Positions 8,653-17,482 of a DNA stretch of 64,000 bases are shown one piece after another. Every line of letters begins with the position of its first letter. Position 1 is the first letter of the stretch. The notes under the pieces are model-generated. The model saw only the letters and a program-made list of their open reading frames with translations, was not told the DNA's origin and ran no database searches. This DNA comes from an uncultured Spirochaetota bacterium (lineage in GTDB: Bacteria > Spirochaetota > Spirochaetia > SZUA-6 > CAVTHK01): NCBI GenBank assembly GCA_963734495.1, contig CAVTHK010000016.1, forward strand, positions 264,133 to 328,132. Reading direction: 5' to 3'. Made by a program: the position numbers and the translations under genes.

Positions 8653-9170
8653 CGCGGGCATCCATGCGCACGATCCGCTCTCGCGTCGCCCTGGTCATCC
8701 TGGTGGCCGCTGCGACGTTTGCCTCCGACCAGGCTGCCAAGCATCTTGCCCGCGCATACCTGCGCGGGGCGGGGACGGTGAGGGTCGTCGGCGACCTGCT
8801 CATCATGACGTACGCCGAGAACGACGGAGCGTTCCTCAGCCTGGGGCACGGCTGGCCGCAGCCCCTCAAGCTCGTCGTCTTCTCGGGCCTCTCGGCGATC
8901 GTGGTGACGGCCGCTTTCGCGTGGGCCGCGGCAAACCAGCGCCTGGATCCCCTTCAGGTCTTTGCGTTGTCCCTGATCGCCGGAGGCGGGCTTGGCAACC
9001 TGGTGGACCGGGTAACACACGGCGGCCGCGTCACGGACTTCCTGAATGTCGGAGTGGGGATATTGCGATCGGGGGTGTTCAACCTCGCGGACATGTACCT
9101 GCTCGCGGGAATGGTCCTCATTCTCCTTGCGAGCGGAAAGTCGCGAGGGTCAATCAGGCGAGGATGTTGA
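8649..9170 (+). CDS. lspA: Lipoprotein signal peptidase II
   Basis: DQAAK, ENDGAFLSL, GGGLGNLVDR, VTDFL, VFNLAD motifs. Start is GTG 8649 or ATG 8664. Confidence 0.9.
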   Translation: MTRASMRTIRSRVALVILVAAATFASDQAAKHLARAYLRGAGTVRVVGDLLIMTYAENDGAFLSLGHGWPQPLKLVVFSGLSAIVVTAAFAWAAANQRLDPLQVFALSLIAGGGLGNLVDRVTHGGRVTDFLNVGVGILRSGVFNLADMYLLAGMVLILLASGKSRGSIRRGC

Positions 9171-9348
9171 CAATCGTGCCCATCTCGGGCGGGAACGCAC
9201 CCTGCTGTTGCTGCTGCTGCCAGGCCCAGAGGGCCCCGGTCTGCGTGTTGTTGCCCTGGCCGTTGACCGGCTCGGAATCCCGGAACGTCTGCAGCGGGGT
9301 CGGGTTCAGGACGTACCGGCTCGCCATGCTGTTGGTGTCGATCGTCAT
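9154..9348 (-). CDS. Small Gln-rich protein with YjfB-like C-terminal motif
   Basis: 64 aa ending PPEMGTIVNILA. Own promoter TTGCCG-17-TACATT lies 6 nt before the ATG. Confidence 0.55.
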   Translation of the reverse strand: MTIDTNSMASRYVLNPTPLQTFRDSEPVNGQGNNTQTGALWAWQQQQQQGAFPPEMGTIVNILA

Positions 9349-9442
9349 GGGAACAATGTACCCATCGGGCCGTTCGGCGGCAAGGCGGCCTATCGCACGC
9401 TAGGGCGCACGAACAGGCGCCCGGGGAAGGCAGACGGGCCTT

Positions 9443-10009
9443 TCAGCCCAGGGTCACGAGAGCCCGAGGAAGATTGTTGAATATGAAGTCGACCGTCTCC
9501 GCCTCCGTCAAGCCCGAGCTGTCTACCCAGAGACCGACATGGGGGGTCTCCGTCCGGAGGACGCGGTCGAAGCTCGCGATCGCGTCGGGGCTGCCATAGC
9601 CCTTCTTGTTCCGAGCCCCTTCCCGCGAGGCGATCGACTCGGCGGACGGGCACAGCACCACAACGTGCGGGCGCCGGCCCTCGTAGAGCGCGAGCACCTC
9701 GCTGAGCCCGCTGCCTATGATGATGTCCTGGTAGACGACGGAAAAGCCCGCGTCGAGGTAGAGCCCCGCGACCGTCGCGGCCGCCCGGTAGCGAAGGCGC
9801 AGCTGCGCGACCGCTTCGTCGGAGAGCTCGAACCCCATCTCCGCCCTGCCGCGGACGATCATCCTCCGGAAGACGTCGCCTCGCAGGTGCACGCTTCGCG
9901 GGATACGCTCTGCGACCAGTTGGGCAACCGTGGACTTGCCCGCTGCCATGATTCCCGTGATCAGGATCAGCTTCGGCGCCCCGGCCTCCGGGGCGCCTTT
10001 TGTTTCCAT
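9443..10009 (-). CDS. P-loop kinase / AAA_33 family protein
   Basis: Walker A GIMAAGKST; HLRGDVFRRMIV. Confidence 0.85.
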   Translation of the reverse strand: METKGAPEAGAPKLILITGIMAAGKSTVAQLVAERIPRSVHLRGDVFRRMIVRGRAEMGFELSDEAVAQLRLRYRAAATVAGLYLDAGFSVVYQDIIIGSGLSEVLALYEGRRPHVVVLCPSAESIASREGARNKKGYGSPDAIASFDRVLRTETPHVGLWVDSSGLTEAETVDFIFNNLPRALVTLG

Positions 10010-10119
10010 GGCCGCCATCTTAGGCGAGGCGGCCGTCGCGCGCAATCGCGGGCAGCGTTTCGGAATGTGTCGGGATGCCCGCGATTGACACGGACGGCTC
10101 CCGCGGGTACGCCGTTCGC

Positions 10120-10578
10120 ATGCGCAGGACCGAAAAGATGATCGGCGACCCCGCCCGCGTCGAGCGCCTGCTCGAGCAGGCCGGCGTTTGCCGGATCGCC
10201 TGGAACGGGAGGCCGTTCCCCTATGTCGTGCCCGTCAACTTCGCCTGCAGGGGCCGCACGCTCTACTTCCATTCGGCGCTGGAGGGCGAGAAGCTCGATC
10301 GCCTGCGCGAGGACCCGCACGTCTGCGTCGAGGTCGACGAGCAGCTCTCCATCCGGCCGGGCGACGCACCGTGCTCCTGGAGCGCGCGCTACCGCAGCGT
10401 GATCGCCCGCGGGACGGCATCGCTCGTGCGCGACCCCGCCGAAAAGGCAGCCGCGCTCGAGCTGCTGCTGCACAAGTACTCCGGCCGGCCCGGCTGGTCC
10501 GTTCCGGCCGCCTCGCTGGACACGGTTGCCGTCGTGGCCATCGACCTGGGCGAGCTCACGGGCAAGGAATCGCTGTAG
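10120..10578 (+). CDS. Pyridoxamine 5'-phosphate oxidase family (NimA-like) flavin-binding protein
   Basis: PYVVPVNF, LYFHSALEGEKLD, YRSVI, TGK motifs. Confidence 0.9.
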   Translation: MRRTEKMIGDPARVERLLEQAGVCRIAWNGRPFPYVVPVNFACRGRTLYFHSALEGEKLDRLREDPHVCVEVDEQLSIRPGDAPCSWSARYRSVIARGTASLVRDPAEKAAALELLLHKYSGRPGWSVPAASLDTVAVVAIDLGELTGKESL

Positions 10579-10640
10579 AGCGGGGCTTGCGAGACGCGCG
10601 CTTGTCGAGTCGATCGCGGGCGTGATAATCTCGCCTCACC

Positions 10641-11523
10641 ATGGCAAAGACAAAGACGAGCACAACGCACAGAATCACGGGGCTTTCGCACGTGGCGCTC
10701 TTTACGAGCGATCTGCCGAAGACGATGAAGTTCTACGGGGACTTCCTCGGTTACCAGGAGCAGTTCCGGCTGACTGAGCCGGACGGACGGCTCGCCCTCA
10801 CTTTCGTAAAGATCAACGACAAGCAGTGCATCGAGCTCTTCCCCGAGCGCGAGCCGAAGACCGACCGCCTGTACCAGGTCGCCTTGATCGTGGAAAACAT
10901 CGAAGCGCTGCGGCAGCACCTCAAGTCGCACGGGATCGCCGTCCCCGATGTCGTCAAGAAGGGCCGCATCGGCAACTCCAACTTCTCCGTGAAGGACCCG
11001 GACGGCCACATCGTCGAGTTCGTGCAGTACGAGCCCGACGGATGGACTGTCCGCGACAATGGCAAGCACATGAGCGGCGATCGGATCTCCGCCTACATCC
11101 GCCACGTGGGCGTCACCGTGCGGTCCCTCGACAAGTCGCTCGCCTTCTACCGGGACATCCTGGGGTGCTCCGAGACCTGGCGCGGCAGCTCCGACGGAAA
11201 GATCCTCTCGTGGGTCAACATGAAGCTCCCGCACAGCGACGACTACGTCGAGCTGATGCTCTACAGCGACCCGCCGTCGCTCGAGCGCCTCGGCGTCATG
11301 AACCACCTCTGCCTCGAGGTCAAGGACGTCCCCGCCTCGGCGGAGGCGCTCAAGGCGCGTGTCGCCCGCTCCGGCTACGACCGCCCCGTCGAGCACAAAG
11401 TCGGCATCAACCGACAGGCGCCTGATGAACCTGTTCGACCCCGACGGCACGCGCTCCGAGCTGATGGAGCCCGGGACGGTCGACGGCGTCCCGCCCGCCA
11501 ACTCGACCGCGCCCGCGCCCTGA
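10641..11523 (+). CDS. Two-domain VOC/glyoxalase family protein (frameshift near 11418)
   Basis: LSHVAL, KDPDGHIVEF, IRHVGV. C-terminal NLFDPDGTRSELME lies in another frame ending at TGA 11523. Confidence 0.85.
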
Positions 11524-11548
11524 AAGGGCAGGACCGGAGAGGTCAATA

Positions 11549-12370
11549 ATGAAGAAGGCCGCCGCGGCGGCCGTAGGCTCCATGGACGAAGTCGCGCGCT
11601 ACAACCGCGAGCGCTGGAACGAGCTCGCGTCCCGGGGGATTCTCTACAGCCGGCCATGGCTCGATCTCACGCCGGAGATCGCGCGCGAGCGCGTGGATGC
11701 CGAGGGCGTGCTGCGCGGCGAGGCGCTGGCCGGCCGGGACGTGCTCTGCCTCGCGGGGGGCGGGGGACAGCAGTCCGTCGCCTTCGCCCTGTTAGGCGCG
11801 CGCGTGACCGTCCTCGACCTCTCCGACGCCCAGCTCGCGACCGATCGGGCCGCGGCCGCGCATTACCGCGTGGACGTGCGCACGCTGCAGGGCGACATGA
11901 GAGACCTCGGCGCTTTCGCGGCGGCTGCCTTTGACGTCGTCTGGCACGCGCACTCCCTGAACTTCGTGCCGGATCCGCGGCCGGTCTTCTCCGAGGTGTC
12001 GCGCGTTCTTCGCCCGGGGGGCTTCTACCGCCTGAGCTACTCCAACCCGTTCTGCCACGGCATGGACCGGGAGCACGTCGAGAACGGCTGCTACCGGTTG
12101 TGCCTCCCGTATGCCGACGGCGCTGAGATCATTTGCCCAGACCCGGCGTGGACGTTTACCGACGGCTCGGGGCAGCACCAGTCGGTCGTCGGCCCGCGCG
12201 AGTTCCGGCACACCCTCGGCACGGTCATCAACCACCCGGGTTCCCTGGGAATGCGGCTGATCGGCCTGTGGGAGGACACCGGGCCCGAGGGCGAAGTGGA
12301 GGCGGGGAGCTGGGAGGCCTCGCTCAGGGTCGCCCCCCAGTTCCTCAGCCTCTGGTACAGACGCGCCTGA
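11549..12370 (+). CDS. Class I SAM-dependent methyltransferase
   Basis: VLCLAGGGGQQS motif I; GDMRDL; VLRPGG. Confidence 0.9.
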   Translation: MKKAAAAAVGSMDEVARYNRERWNELASRGILYSRPWLDLTPEIARERVDAEGVLRGEALAGRDVLCLAGGGGQQSVAFALLGARVTVLDLSDAQLATDRAAAAHYRVDVRTLQGDMRDLGAFAAAAFDVVWHAHSLNFVPDPRPVFSEVSRVLRPGGFYRLSYSNPFCHGMDREHVENGCYRLCLPYADGAEIICPDPAWTFTDGSGQHQSVVGPREFRHTLGTVINHPGSLGMRLIGLWEDTGPEGEVEAGSWEASLRVAPQFLSLWYRRA

Positions 12371-12382
12371 GCGCGCTGTCGC

Positions 12383-12970
12383 TCACGCAACGGGCGCGCG
12401 CTCCAGCCGCCAATACTCGCCGCCGCCGCCCTCGCGGCCCATGAAGCCGTACTCGACGAGGTGACGGCGCAGCCGCGCCGTGTCCTCGCTGAAGCGCTTC
12501 AGTATCCGGTTGACCTGCTTCTCGCTGTAGCGCCTGCCCGTCTCGAATGCCTCGACGACACGGCGGAGGAGGACTTCTTCTTTCTTGCGCTGGACGGGGA
12601 AGGCCTCGATCCTGCCGTCCGGCGTCATGTACGTGTTGAGCACCTTCCGGTCGTACGCGTCGACATCGACGTCCGCGGCTACCGCGGGGAGCGTCTCGGC
12701 CACGAGGAGTCGCTGCGACATCTCCATGAGCCAGGTTACCTCGAGGCGGTAGACGCTGTAGTAGCCTTCGGCCCGTGCGCTCACGAGGCCGGCCCGCGAG
12801 AGCAGCGAGAGGTGATGCGACACAGTCGAGGAGCTCAGCCCGAGCATTTCGGCAAGCTGCTCCACCGACAGCGCTTCTTTCGCGAGAAGCGCGACGATCT
12901 TGAGCCGGTTCGGGTCGGACAGCGCCTTGAAAAAAGAAAGCAGCTCCTGGAACGACTTCTCATTCATCAT
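12383..12970 (-). CDS. ArsR/SmtB family regulator with DUF2087-like C-terminal domain
   Basis: FKALSDPNRLKI..STVSHHLSLL wHTH; FETGRRYSEKQVN..D.A.LRRHLVEYG. Confidence 0.9.
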   Translation of the reverse strand: MMNEKSFQELLSFFKALSDPNRLKIVALLAKEALSVEQLAEMLGLSSSTVSHHLSLLSRAGLVSARAEGYYSVYRLEVTWLMEMSQRLLVAETLPAVAADVDVDAYDRKVLNTYMTPDGRIEAFPVQRKKEEVLLRRVVEAFETGRRYSEKQVNRILKRFSEDTARLRRHLVEYGFMGREGGGGEYWRLERAPVA

Positions 12971-12979
12971 GGCAGCCTC

Positions 12980-13037
12980 ATCAAATTGATTTGATATATA
13001 TCGATCTAATTATACATACATCGAATCAGGGCGTCAA
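12980..13037 (-). promoter_or_regulatory. Sigma70 promoter and ArsR-type operator
   Basis: TTGACG(13037-13032)-17-TATAAT(13014-13009). Perfect inverted repeat ATCAAAT-tg-ATTTGAT at 12980-12995. Confidence 0.7.
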
Positions 13038-13096
13038 GCGCTGGCGGGCACGGGAGCCGGTGGACACTGCTGTCGGCCAGCGGCTACGGTGGCGCC

Positions 13097-13597
13097 ATGC
13101 AGACGATGCAGAAGGACCAGCTCAGGCTCCGCATGGCCCGGCCGGAGGACGTGACGACGATCCTCCGCTTCGTTCGCGAGCTCGCCGGCTTCGAGCGCCT
13201 GCTCGACCGCGTGACCGCCACGGAGGAGGACCTGCGGGCGAGCCTCTTTGGCGCCCGCCCGTACGCCGAAGTGATCCTTGCGGAAACGGATCGGCCCGTG
13301 GGGTTCGCGCTCTTCTTCCACAACTACTCAACCTTCCTCGGCCGGCCGGGGATCTACCTTGAGGACATCTATGTCGAGCCGGAGGCAAGGGGGCACGGCG
13401 TGGGAAGCGCCCTGATACGGTACGTGGCGAAGCTCGCTGTGGAGCGGCGCTGCGGCCGTCTGGAGTGGGCCGTGCTGGACTGGAACCGCAACGCGATCGC
13501 CTTCTACCGCTCGTTGGGGGCCGAGGCCATGGACGAGTGGACGGTCTATCGCGTGACGGGCAAGTCGCTCGAGCGTCTGGGGGCGGCAGCCGGGTGA
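13097..13597 (+). CDS. GNAT N-acetyltransferase (SSAT-like)
   Basis: FHNYSTFLGRPGIYLED, RGHGVG, LEWAVLDWN. Confidence 0.9.
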   Translation: MQTMQKDQLRLRMARPEDVTTILRFVRELAGFERLLDRVTATEEDLRASLFGARPYAEVILAETDRPVGFALFFHNYSTFLGRPGIYLEDIYVEPEARGHGVGSALIRYVAKLAVERRCGRLEWAVLDWNRNAIAFYRSLGAEAMDEWTVYRVTGKSLERLGAAAG

Positions 13598-14461
13598 GCG
13601 CGGATCGACCGACGGAGCTGTTCGTCGCCGACCTCGACGGCACGCTGCTCGGCCCGGACGCCCGGCTGTCCGCGTTCGCGAGGGAGGCGCTCGGGCGCAT
13701 CTTCGAGGCGGGGGCGCTCTTCACCGTGGCGAGCGCGCGCAGCGTCCAGTCGATGCGGCCGATCCTCGGCGACCTGCCCTTGAGGCTGCCCGTGGTCACG
13801 CTGAACGGGGCGATCGTGTCGGATTTCCGCACGGCCAGGCACGAGCGAGTGGTCTCCATCGCGGCGGGGGCGCTGCGCGTCGTCCTGGAGACGGCCGCGG
13901 CCCTCGGCCTGAAACCCTTCATCACATCGTTCGATGGCGCGAGGGACAATCTCTACATTCCGCCGCCCGCCAACGACGGCGCCGCCTGGTACCTTGCCAA
14001 TCGCCGTGAAGCGCGCGACCCGCGCCTGCGCGATGGGTACGAGCCGGACGTCTGGCTCGCAGAGCAGATCGTGACCCTCACGTTCATAGACACGCAGGGC
14101 GCGGCTGGAACCGCTCGTCGCCGCGGTTGACGGGAGCCGGCTCCCGCTCGCCCTCGCGTTCACCCCGCACATCTACACGTCGGGGTGGTACTGGCTCACG
14201 GTCCACAGCGGCGACGCGAGGAAGGATGCGGCGATCCGGGATCTGCAGCGGCGCCACGGGCTCGAACGCTGCCCGGTCGTGGCCTTCGGCGACCAGGCCA
14301 ACGACGTGCCGCTGCTGCGCGCCGCTGACCACGGCGTCGCCGTCGCGAATGCCGACGCCGACGCGAAGGCGGCCGCGCGCGAAATCATCGGCCCCAACTC
14401 GGAGGACTCAGTGCCGCGGTACATCCTCAGACGGCTGGGGCTGGGGTCACAGGCGGGGTAA
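13594..14461 (+). CDS. Cof-type HAD-IIB hydrolase (frameshifted near 14100-14180)
   Basis: DLDGTLL at the N-terminus; AFGDQANDVPLL in a downstream frame. Confidence 0.8.
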
Positions 14462-14648
14462 GGCGAAAACAGCGGGGCCCGGCGGCATTGTCGCCTCCCG
14501 GGCGCCACATAGACGTATCGGGCCTCCCGGCGTCAAGAGGCGTGAGCGGACCTGACAACCGTGTGGCTCCCTCCGGCGATTTGACCGTCAGGCGTGCAGA
14601 ACTGCAGAATATGGCTGTTGGGCAGGCTTCGAGAAGGAGACCGGCTCC

Positions 14649-15650
14649 ATGAACAAAAAGGAGAACTGGCTAAGGCTGATTCGCGGCGACAACCCTGGCT
14701 GGATCGGACCGCCGTGGGAAGCCTTCAAGGGGAACCTCTTCAAGGATATCTTCGTCGGCGACCCGATCACGCAGTCGATGTTACCCCGCGAGGTAGTCTA
14801 TGACGCTCCCCAGAAGGACCGTTGGGGCGTCACCTTTCTATGGCTCTCCGGCACGGTCGCTCGAAACCCGCATATCACTGCCGAGAACAAGGTCGTTCCC
14901 GATGTTCGGCAGTGGAGAGAAAGCGTCGTGTTCCCGCCGCTCGACGGATATGACTGGAACCCCGCCAGGGAGTTTGTGGCGTCTGTCGACCGCAGCGAAT
15001 ACCTGACTGTCTGCTGGTCGTCCGGTGGCCTGTTCGAGCGCTCCCACTTCCTGATGGGCTTCGAGGATGCGCTCTGCAACTACATGCAGATCCCTGGGGC
15101 GATGTACGACCTTGCGGGGGCAATAGCCGACTGGAAGATCGGCCACCTCGAGCGCACAATCGACAATCTCCACCCGGACGTTGTCCTCTATCACGACGAC
15201 TGGGGATGCAAGAGCTCTCTGTTCATCCCTCCCGATGTGTGGCGCCGGATCATCAAGCCCCATCAGAAGCGTATTGTCGACGCGGTCAGGTCCCGAGGTG
15301 TGATCTTTATGCACCATGCGGACTGTATTTGCGAACCGATCGTCGAAGATATGGCCGACATCGGAGTTGATGTCTGGCAGGGGGTCATCCCTCAGAACGA
15401 CATACCAGCCATCCAGCGAAGACTTGCAGGACGAATGGCGCTGATCGGTGGAATCGATGCACAGCTCATCGACAAGCCTCAATGCGATGAGCAAGCAATC
15501 CGAAAGGAGGTGCGGCGATGCATCGACACCTACTGTCCGGCTGGTCATTTCGTGCCGTGCATCCCGAACATCGTGCCCCTCTTCCCGGAGGTTGAACGAG
15601 TCTACCATGATGAGCTCAGCGTCTATGGCAGAGACTTCTTTCGACGCTAA
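14649..15650 (+). CDS. Uroporphyrinogen decarboxylase-fold protein (corrinoid methyltransferase-like)
   Basis: DRWGV, GLFERSHFLMGFEDAL, HDDWG, HHADC, GGID. AAGGAG RBS. Confidence 0.8.
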   Translation: MNKKENWLRLIRGDNPGWIGPPWEAFKGNLFKDIFVGDPITQSMLPREVVYDAPQKDRWGVTFLWLSGTVARNPHITAENKVVPDVRQWRESVVFPPLDGYDWNPAREFVASVDRSEYLTVCWSSGGLFERSHFLMGFEDALCNYMQIPGAMYDLAGAIADWKIGHLERTIDNLHPDVVLYHDDWGCKSSLFIPPDVWRRIIKPHQKRIVDAVRSRGVIFMHHADCICEPIVEDMADIGVDVWQGVIPQNDIPAIQRRLAGRMALIGGIDAQLIDKPQCDEQAIRKEVRRCIDTYCPAGHFVPCIPNIVPLFPEVERVYHDELSVYGRDFFRR

Positions 15651-15699
15651 TCAGCGAAAGAACACCGGCATGCGCAACGATGTCGCACGAGGCAAGAAA

Positions 15700-16056
15700 A
15701 TGGCTCGTGACATTGGAGTCGTCAATCGGTACTCAGTGCTTCCCGGCAACCAGGATGATGTCAAGAAGCTGCTGCGTGCACTTGTCGAGAGAGTTCGATC
15801 CGAGGATCCAGGCACGCTCAGTTTCGAGTGGTATTTCGGCGACAACGAGAATGAACTGTACCTGGTGGGGCAGCGGAGGGATTCCGAGGCCCTGATCGCC
15901 CACGAGGCCCTGTTCGCCGAAGATCCGCTTGTCCAGCAGTTTCAGGCGAAGGCGCCCGTCAATCGGTCGGAGCTCTTCGGCAACATGTCGCGCGACCTCG
16001 CGGAGTTGCTCCCCAGCATCACGTCGTACAAATCCCGGGACGGGTTCACGCGATAG
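15700..16056 (+). CDS. Antibiotic biosynthesis monooxygenase (ABM)-like protein
   Basis: EDPGTLSFEWY..DSEALIAH..GFTR pattern. Confidence 0.7.
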   Translation: MARDIGVVNRYSVLPGNQDDVKKLLRALVERVRSEDPGTLSFEWYFGDNENELYLVGQRRDSEALIAHEALFAEDPLVQQFQAKAPVNRSELFGNMSRDLAELLPSITSYKSRDGFTR

Positions 16057-16194
16057 GGCTGACGGGGCGAGCAAACGGCTGCTATGACCCCGTCACCCTC
16101 TTGGCGAGGCAGCAGCCGATCTGCTGCTGCGGGCCATGACGCGACGCTCGCTGACAGACTCACGGTGATGCGGGTCAGGGCAACTCTATAAAGC

Positions 16195-16226
16195 AAAAAG
16201 GGTTGCGGCTTCTGACCGCAACCCTT
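16195..16226 (-). terminator. Rho-independent terminator of tRNA-Gln
   Basis: Stem aagggttgcgg/ccgcaaccctt followed by a U-tract on the minus strand. Confidence 0.75.
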
Positions 16227-16233
16227 CGAAACC

Positions 16234-16304
16234 CTGCCCGGGAAGGGCTCGAACCTCCACAACAAGATCCAGAGTCTTGCGTGCTACCATTACACCACCG
16301 GGCA
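16234..16304 (-). tRNA. tRNA-Gln(CTG)
   Basis: Minus strand TGCCCGG..caaga ctCTGga tcttg..GGTTCGAGCC..CCGGGCA cloverleaf. No encoded CCA. Promoter TTGACA-18-TATTCT at 16344-16315. Confidence 0.95.
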
Positions 16305-16402
16305 ACTAAAACGAAGAATAGCGCGACGGCCGCCCGAATGTCAACAACGGGGCCTGAAAATGGCCGAATTCGGCGCCGCCGGCTGCGTTATACTGATCCC
16401 GA

Positions 16403-17482
16403 ATGGAACGGAAACGGCTGATCGAACGGCAGGCGGAGCTGTGCGGCCTCATCGGCTGCCCGGGCTACGAGGACGAGGTGGCGGCGTACATCGTGGAGCG
16501 TGTCAGGCCGCTCGCGGACGAGACCCGCATCGACGCGCTCGGCAGCGTTCTCGCGGTTCGCCGCGGCACGGCCAGGGACGCGCCGCGCATCCTGCTCGAC
16601 GCCCACATGGACGAGGTGGGGTTCATGGTGAGCGCCGTCGACGAGCGGGGCTTCCTGCGCATCGTCCCGCTCGGCGGGATCGATCGCGCGCTCATGCCCG
16701 GCGCTCAGCTCGTCTTCGCGGCGCAGGGCGCCAGGAGAGTGTACGGGGTCGTCGGCACCCTTCCTCCGCACGTCACGAAGCCCGAGGAGCGAGGCAAGGC
16801 GCCGGAGATCCCCGACCTCTACGTGGACGTCGGCGCCGCGACCGCGGCCGAAGCGGCCGCCCTGGGGCTCCGGGTCGGCTCCACCGGCACGTTCGACGCA
16901 CCGTTCCGCAACCTGGGCGACCGCATCCTGATGGGACGGGCCTTCGACGACCGCGCCGCCTGCAACATCGTGCTCGCCGTGCTGGAGGAGCTCGCGGCTG
17001 CACGGCCGGAAGCCACGGTGCAGGCGTGCTTCAGCTCCCAGGAAGAAGTAGGGGGAAGGGGAGCCACCGCGGCCGCGTTCGCTCTCGAGCCGGACGTCGC
17101 GGTGGCGATCGAGTGCACGACGGCCACGGACACGCCGGGCGTCCCGCCGGAAAAGACAGTGGCGCGACTCGGCGCGGGACCGGTGCTCACGATCGCCGAC
17201 AATTCGCTGCTGGTCCCGGCGCGGCTGCTCGCGCTGCAGGAGGAGGCCGCCGGCGCCGCCGGCGTCCCGTTCCAGCACAAGCGGCCGATCTACGGCGGAA
17301 CCGACGGCGGCCGCATCGCGCTCACGCGGGGAGGCGTGCCGACGTGCGTGGTCTCGGTGCCTTGCCGCTACATCCACGCCCCGGCCGGCATCCTGCTCGT
17401 CGACGACCTGGAAAACGCGGTGAAGTTAGTCGTCCAGATGTGCCGGGCGCCCTGGCCCCGCAGGCCGCTCACGACAGGATAG
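16403..17482 (+). CDS. M42 family metallopeptidase
   Basis: AHMDEVG, GGID, DDRAAC, QEEVG, GGTDGG, PCRYIH. Confidence 0.92.
   Translation: MERKRLIERQAELCGLIGCPGYEDEVAAYIVERVRPLADETRIDALGSVLAVRRGTARDAPRILLDAHMDEVGFMVSAVDERGFLRIVPLGGIDRALMPGAQLVFAAQGARRVYGVVGTLPPHVTKPEERGKAPEIPDLYVDVGAATAAEAAALGLRVGSTGTFDAPFRNLGDRILMGRAFDDRAACNIVLAVLEELAAARPEATVQACFSSQEEVGGRGATAAAFALEPDVAVAIECTTATDTPGVPPEKTVARLGAGPVLTIADNSLLVPARLLALQEEAAGAAGVPFQHKRPIYGGTDGGRIALTRGGVPTCVVSVPCRYIHAPAGILLVDDLENAVKLVVQMCRAPWPRRPLTTG

Noticed and set aside
8921-9480. Plus-strand ORFs with poly-Cys or poly-Leu runs
   Set aside because: They are antisense readings of the CAG (poly-Gln) run of the minus-strand small gene.
16195-16304. 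tRNA-Gln as the integration site of the left-hand island
   Set aside because: The terminator directly follows the tRNA, and I saw no duplicated tRNA 3' end and no integrase in the window.
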